The position numbers and the translations under genes were made by a program. Shown here one piece after another: positions 59,773 through 64,000 of a DNA stretch of 64,000 nucleotides (its first letter is position 1; each line of letters opens with the position of its first letter). The notes under the pieces are model-generated. The model had not been told where the DNA came from, ran no database searches, and saw only the letters and a list, made by a program, of their open reading frames with translations. The DNA is taken from contig OZ223267.1 in assembly GCA_965140585.1 (NCBI GenBank), positions 475,166 to 539,165 of the forward strand, read 5' to 3'. This DNA comes from Spirochaetia bacterium (lineage in GTDB: Bacteria; Spirochaetota; Spirochaetia; UBA9216).

Positions 59773-60081
59773 TCACCAGCCCTTAATGCTGTCAGGCAGG
59801 AGAGGTTTGAACATCCTGCCTGATCTGGGCTTATCCATCCAGGGTTCAACGGTTTCCCTCCATTTTTTATAATGCTCAGTTGTTTTATGGTAGGCGACCG
59901 CTTCTTCATCATCATAAACTTCGTATAAAAAAAATAACCCTGAATCTTTAGGATCCCGGGAAAGATCAAAGCGGACATTGCCTTCCTCCTTCCTGGTGGC
60001 CAGGTGGTTAAGTCTTGTTGCTTCAATGAATTCTTTTTCATTTCCTTTCTTAACAAAAACATCAACACAATAAACAACCAT
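59773..60081 (-). CDS. ABM-family protein, LsrG-like isomerase/monooxygenase
   Basis: EEGNVRFDL, FFLYEVY, AYHKTTEHYKKWRETV. Confidence 0.8.
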   Translation of the reverse strand: MVVYCVDVFVKKGNEKEFIEATRLNHLATRKEEGNVRFDLSRDPKDSGLFFLYEVYDDEEAVAYHKTTEHYKKWRETVEPWMDKPRSGRMFKPLLPDSIKGW

Positions 60082-60210
60082 AGGATCCTCCTGTAATTAT
60101 TATACTCAGAGAGAGAAAAAAAAGCATCTGTTTATTTGAATTACGTTAGTAGATTGCTTAGGATTTACGTTGGCGCATAAAGCTTATTTAACATAGAGAA
60201 GAGGAAAATA

Positions 60211-62115
60211 ATGTTTTGGAAGAATCTAAAAGTCAGAACCAAGATGTATGCCGGATTTGGACTGGTTCTTATACTGCTTGGAATAACAGCTATTTTTGCT
60301 ATAGTTGGAATAGTACAAATAGTCAGCAACGCAGGAATAGTTATTGAAGGAAATAAACTTGACGGGCTCCTTGCTCAGAAAGAAATAGATCACCTTAACT
60401 GGGCGTCTGAAGTAAACGCTCTGCTCACTGATGAAAATATTACAGAATTGAATGTAGAACTATATGATCATAACTGTGCCTTCGGTAAATGGCTTTACGG
60501 ATCCGGCCGTGAACAGATCGAAACATTTATTCCAGATTTAGCAGTACTTCTGCATCAGATTGAAGCTCCCCATAAGGCTCTCCATGATTCGGCTGCCGAG
60601 ATAAAAGACCTCTTCATCCAGGCTGATCAAAACCTGTCTGCAGTCCTCAGGCAGAGAGAAATTGAACATCTTAACTGGGCAGCTGCTATAAGAGATTCTC
60701 TACTTGCCGGAGAGAGAACACTGACAGTCCAGACTGATCATGAACAGTGCGGGCTTGGAATCTGGCTGGCCGGCTCAGAAGCAAAGCATATATATTCAAA
60801 CGCATCACCGGAATTTAAGGCTTCATGGGACAGAATGCTTTTGGTCCATGAAAAACTGCACGAATCGGCAATAAATCTTGAACAGCAGATGAAAGTATCG
60901 GAAATTTCGGCCCTGAACTATTTTAGAAATTCAACGCTTCAGTATCTTGAGCAGACTATTCATGAGCTTCGATTTATGACTGAGGAATCTGAAGCTGAAC
61001 TTGCAGGAATGCTGGCCGCAAACCGTGTATACAGTGAAAGTACCAAGCCGGCTTTACATGAGGTTCAGCGAATTCTTTCAGATGTCAGAGCTACCGCCAG
61101 GGCTAATATTCTGACCGATGAGCAGATGCTGAAGGCGGCGTCTAGTACACGTTCTTCAGTTATTGTAATCAGTATTATTGCTTTGGTGGTGGGGCCGCTT
61201 CTGGCATTTTTTATTTCAAATGGTATAACAGCTCCATTAAAGGACGGTATAGTATTTGCCTCCAAGCTTTCGGAGGGGGATCTTTCCTATACTATGCAGA
61301 TAAAACAGAACGATGAATGCGGTCAGCTGGTCGGTTCTCTGATGGCTATGCGCGAAAGTCTGCGTGATATAGTTTCAAATGTAATAACGGCTTCGGAGAA
61401 TGTTTCATCTGGCAGCAGTCAGCTCTCCGATACTTCACTGGTGCTGTCTCAGGGAGCAAGTGAACAGGCGGCCTCGGCAGAAGAAATATCGGCTTCTATG
61501 GAGCAGATGATCTCCAATATCAGTCAGAACTCCGATAACGCTTCACAGACTGCCAGAATATCTGATAAAGCCCTGAGAACAGTAGAAGAAGGCGGTAGTG
61601 CAGTAATGCAGATGGTCAAAGCCATGAACGATATTGCTGAAAAAATTGGTATAATAGAGCAAATTGCAAATCAGACAAATTTACTAAGTCTGAACGCTGC
61701 AATAGAAGCTGCAAGGGCGGGTGAGTACGGGAAGGGCTTTGCTGTGGTTGCTGCAGAGGTAGGTAAGCTTGCATCCAGAAGCAAGGACGCTGCTTCAGAG
61801 ATTTCTGAACTTACAGGCTCAAGTGTTAAACAGGCCAACGAAACCGGTCAGATTATGCAGGATATCGTTGAACAGATTCAGATGACTGCCAGCCTCATAC
61901 AGGAGATTGATGCAGCGAGCCGTGAACAGCAGACCGGAGTCGAACAGATAAACGAGTCTGTAATGCAGCTTGATTCGGTTGTCCAGCAGAATGCCTCTGC
62001 ATCTGAAGAGGCGGCTTCAATGTCTGAAGAGTTATCTGCCCAGGCTGTGAAGCTTAAAGAGCTGATTGGATTTTTTAAGCTTGATTCAGTCAGGCTTCAG
62101 GCTTCAGGCTCCTGA
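60211..62115 (+). CDS. Methyl-accepting chemotaxis protein with two CZB domains
   Basis: TM1; two HxxW...CxxGxW...H..LH repeats; TM2; HAMP; [30 protein letters not shown]. Confidence 0.92.
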   Translation: MFWKNLKVRTKMYAGFGLVLILLGITAIFAIVGIVQIVSNAGIVIEGNKLDGLLAQKEIDHLNWASEVNALLTDENITELNVELYDHNCAFGKWLYGSGREQIETFIPDLAVLLHQIEAPHKALHDSAAEIKDLFIQADQNLSAVLRQREIEHLNWAAAIRDSLLAGERTLTVQTDHEQCGLGIWLAGSEAKHIYSNASPEFKASWDRMLLVHEKLHESAINLEQQMKVSEISALNYFRNSTLQYLEQTIHELRFMTEESEAELAGMLAANRVYSESTKPALHEVQRILSDVRATARANILTDEQMLKAASSTRSSVIVISIIALVVGPLLAFFISNGITAPLKDGIVFASKLSEGDLSYTMQIKQNDECGQLVGSLMAMRESLRDIVSNVITASENVSSGSSQLSDTSLVLSQGASEQAASAEEISASMEQMISNISQNSDNASQTARISDKALRTVEEGGSAVMQMVKAMNDIAEKIGIIEQIANQTNLLSLNAAIEAARAGEYGKGFAVVAAEVGKLASRSKDAASEISELTGSSVKQANETGQIMQDIVEQIQMTASLIQEIDAASREQQTGVEQINESVMQLDSVVQQNASASEEAASMSEELSAQAVKLKELIGFFKLDSVRLQASGS

Positions 62116-62251
62116 AGATGATTTTGATCAGCTTTACCCCCCTCAGCGGATCGAAACACTCGCCGGGGCCTGATTTGAAAAAAAATTATATATTATTGTC
62201 AATCTTTAGTTCTAATCATATACTGTCTCCATAGGTGGTATTTCGAAACTT

Positions 62252-64000
62252 ATGGCACTGAATAAGGCAGAAAAGGTTTTATTTCTTCTCAAGGATAAAA
62301 ACTTACAGGACAGCGGGCTCTACCAGGCTATAGCTGCTCTGGGCTACAGTGTTAAAGTCTGTTCTAATTTCGATGAATCAGAGCAGATGGTGAATATCTT
62401 TTCTCCTGATATAATTCTATATGATAGCGGCTCCGTCAATTTAAATTATGAAGTCATTGAATTACTAATCAGACTGTCCAGAATATTCAGAACTCCAGTT
62501 CTGCTGCCTGATTCAAATGGTTCTGATGAAAATCTTTCCAAACTGATAAAAAATGCTCCCTGCAGTTTCATTCCTGTTCAGGCCTCTTCAGATTTACTTG
62601 ATTCTGTTATAAAGGCTGCATTTTATTCATGCAGGCATTGCTTCTCTTCAAATACTTTAAAACTTACCGATGATTTGGAAAAAGCCAAAGCTATGCTTGA
62701 TGATGTTTTAAATACAATACCCGTACGTGTATTCTGGAAGGATTTGAACAGTGTTTATCTTGGATGCAACAGGCTTTTTGCCAGGGATTCAGGAAAAGAA
62801 AGCCCTGAAGAAATTGTCGGGCTTACCGATTATGATATCCGTGACAGAGAAAGAGCCGGACTTAACCGATCAGATGATAAAGAAATAATGGCTGCAGGTA
62901 AACCGAAAATCAATTATGAAGAGCCTTTTGTAACCTCTGACGGTGAAAAAAACTGGATTATGACTTCAAAAATCCCATTAAAAAACCGTGCTGGAAATAT
63001 GTACGGAATTCTTGGGACTTATGAAAATATAACAGAAAGAAAAAGACTGCAGGAAGAACTTATTCTGCAGAGAAACCGCTTATCTGATATTCTTTACGGC
63101 AGCAATGTAGGAACCTGGGAATGGAATGTTCAAACCGGAATAAATATTGTAAATAAACACTGGGCTGATATTATTGGATACAGCCTTGAGGAATTACATC
63201 TGAATGGAAGAGATTTCTGGAAGGATTTTCTTCATCCTGATGATTTGATGCATACAGAAAAAGAACTTCAGAAACATTTTGACGGAGCAACAGAATACTT
63301 CGAGTCTTACTTTAGAATGCAGCACAAGGACGGACACTGGGTTTGGGTCTTATCCAGAGGCCGGGTTTCATCCCGAACCGAAGATGGGCAACCGCTGCTT
63401 GTTTCCGGGACTCACCTTGATATGAGTGAACAGAAGAAGGCTGAGCAGGAGATTCTAACCAGCTTAATGAAAAGGAACTGATTTTAAAAGAAACAAATCA
63501 TCGTATTAAAAATAATTTATCTTCAATCAGCAGCCTGCTTTCGCTTCAGGCAAATACTGATATTCCGGTTGAAGCCCAGAACGCACTTCAGGATGCCGGT
63601 AACCGTGTGATGAGTATGGAAGTTCTTTATGAAAACCTTCTGAATGCAGATGATCATCAGAATACTTCCATTGGTTCGTATTTAGAGGAGCTTGTTGCAG
63701 ACATAGTAGCGGTTCAGAATATAAACACCGATTTGGAAATTTTATATAACATTCAAGATACTGCAATCACTCCAAAGAAGCTCTTTCCAATAGGTCTAAT
63801 CGTAAATGAGGCGATTACAAACATTCTGAAATATGCTTTTAAAGATCGCGATTCCGGAAAGGTGAAATTGTGTTTATGGCGCAGAGAAGATATTGTTGAG
63901 CTGATTATAGAAGATGACGGAATCGGAATGCCGGATAATATAATTCCCGGAGAAAGCGGAAGTTTCGGCCTGATGCTCATGGATATTCTGATAAGGCAAA
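62252..64000 (+). pseudogene. REC-like/PAS-PAS/HisKA_2 sensor kinase with a frameshift near 63457 (pseudogene or sequencing error); runs off the window end
   Basis: ORF stops at 63481, but the shifted frame continues NQLNEKELILKETNHRIKNNL...GLIVNEAITNILKYAF...IEDDGIG...SFGL to the window end. Confidence 0.75.

Noticed and set aside
59773-60081. AI-2 (lsr) quorum-sensing system from the LsrG-like gene plus the FGGY kinase
   Set aside because: The genes are 12 kb apart, there is no lsrACDB/lsrF/lsrR, and the kinase is paired with a polyol dehydrogenase.
62125-62175. GC-rich segment after the MCP gene as a possible c-di-GMP riboswitch
   Set aside because: It lacks the GEMM consensus (GGCAAA..GAAA..GACGCAAAG); only a weak hairpin.
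1633-63980. Many 60-180 aa ORFs in the track overlapping long genes (e.g. 18552-19106, 21785-22204, 50563-50955, 52618-53010)
   Set aside because: Antisense or alternate-frame shadows of well-supported genes, with no RBS or recognisable motifs.
1-64000. tRNA/rRNA, CRISPR, IS elements, prophage, defence systems, selenocysteine read-through
   Set aside because: No supporting motifs seen by eye; intergenic gaps are short and mostly explained. A covariance-model scan was not possible.

Overview
64 kb of chromosomal DNA from an anaerobic free-living spirochaete (the window opens with the 3' end of a FlaA flagellar-sheath gene). It is gene-dense, and I saw no rRNA, tRNA, CRISPR array, IS or phage genes. 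Contents in order: OmpA, TatD, PAS-GGDEF-HD-GYP and a nitrilase; a Yip1/TolC/MFP/MacB-type ABC export operon; an RND efflux operon with a PII-like gene; a sigma54-driven Opp/Dpp ABC operon lacking its binding protein; an EAL protein; a divergent 4-hydroxybutyryl-CoA-dehydratase-like radical enzyme; a FadR/GntR regulator; a CheB-CheR-PAS-kinase pair; SDR, aquaporin and PFOR; a decayed aldo-keto reductase; a LacI sugar kinase/dehydrogenase unit; a trimeric [FeFe]-hydrogenase whose HydB is fused to a GltD-like NADP(H) module; a GNAT-histidine-kinase fusion; a CZB chemoreceptor; and a frameshifted PAS kinase. The best candidate for an undescribed system is the operon at 27.8-33.2 kb: Ni/Co permease, hypB, a large Cys-rich FAD/Fe-S oxidoreductase, hypA and a DUF5692-like membrane protein. 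Nickel-delivery genes bracket an oxidoreductase with no known nickel enzyme nearby, which suggests a possible new Ni-dependent enzyme. Family assignments come from motif recognition by eye, not from database searches.
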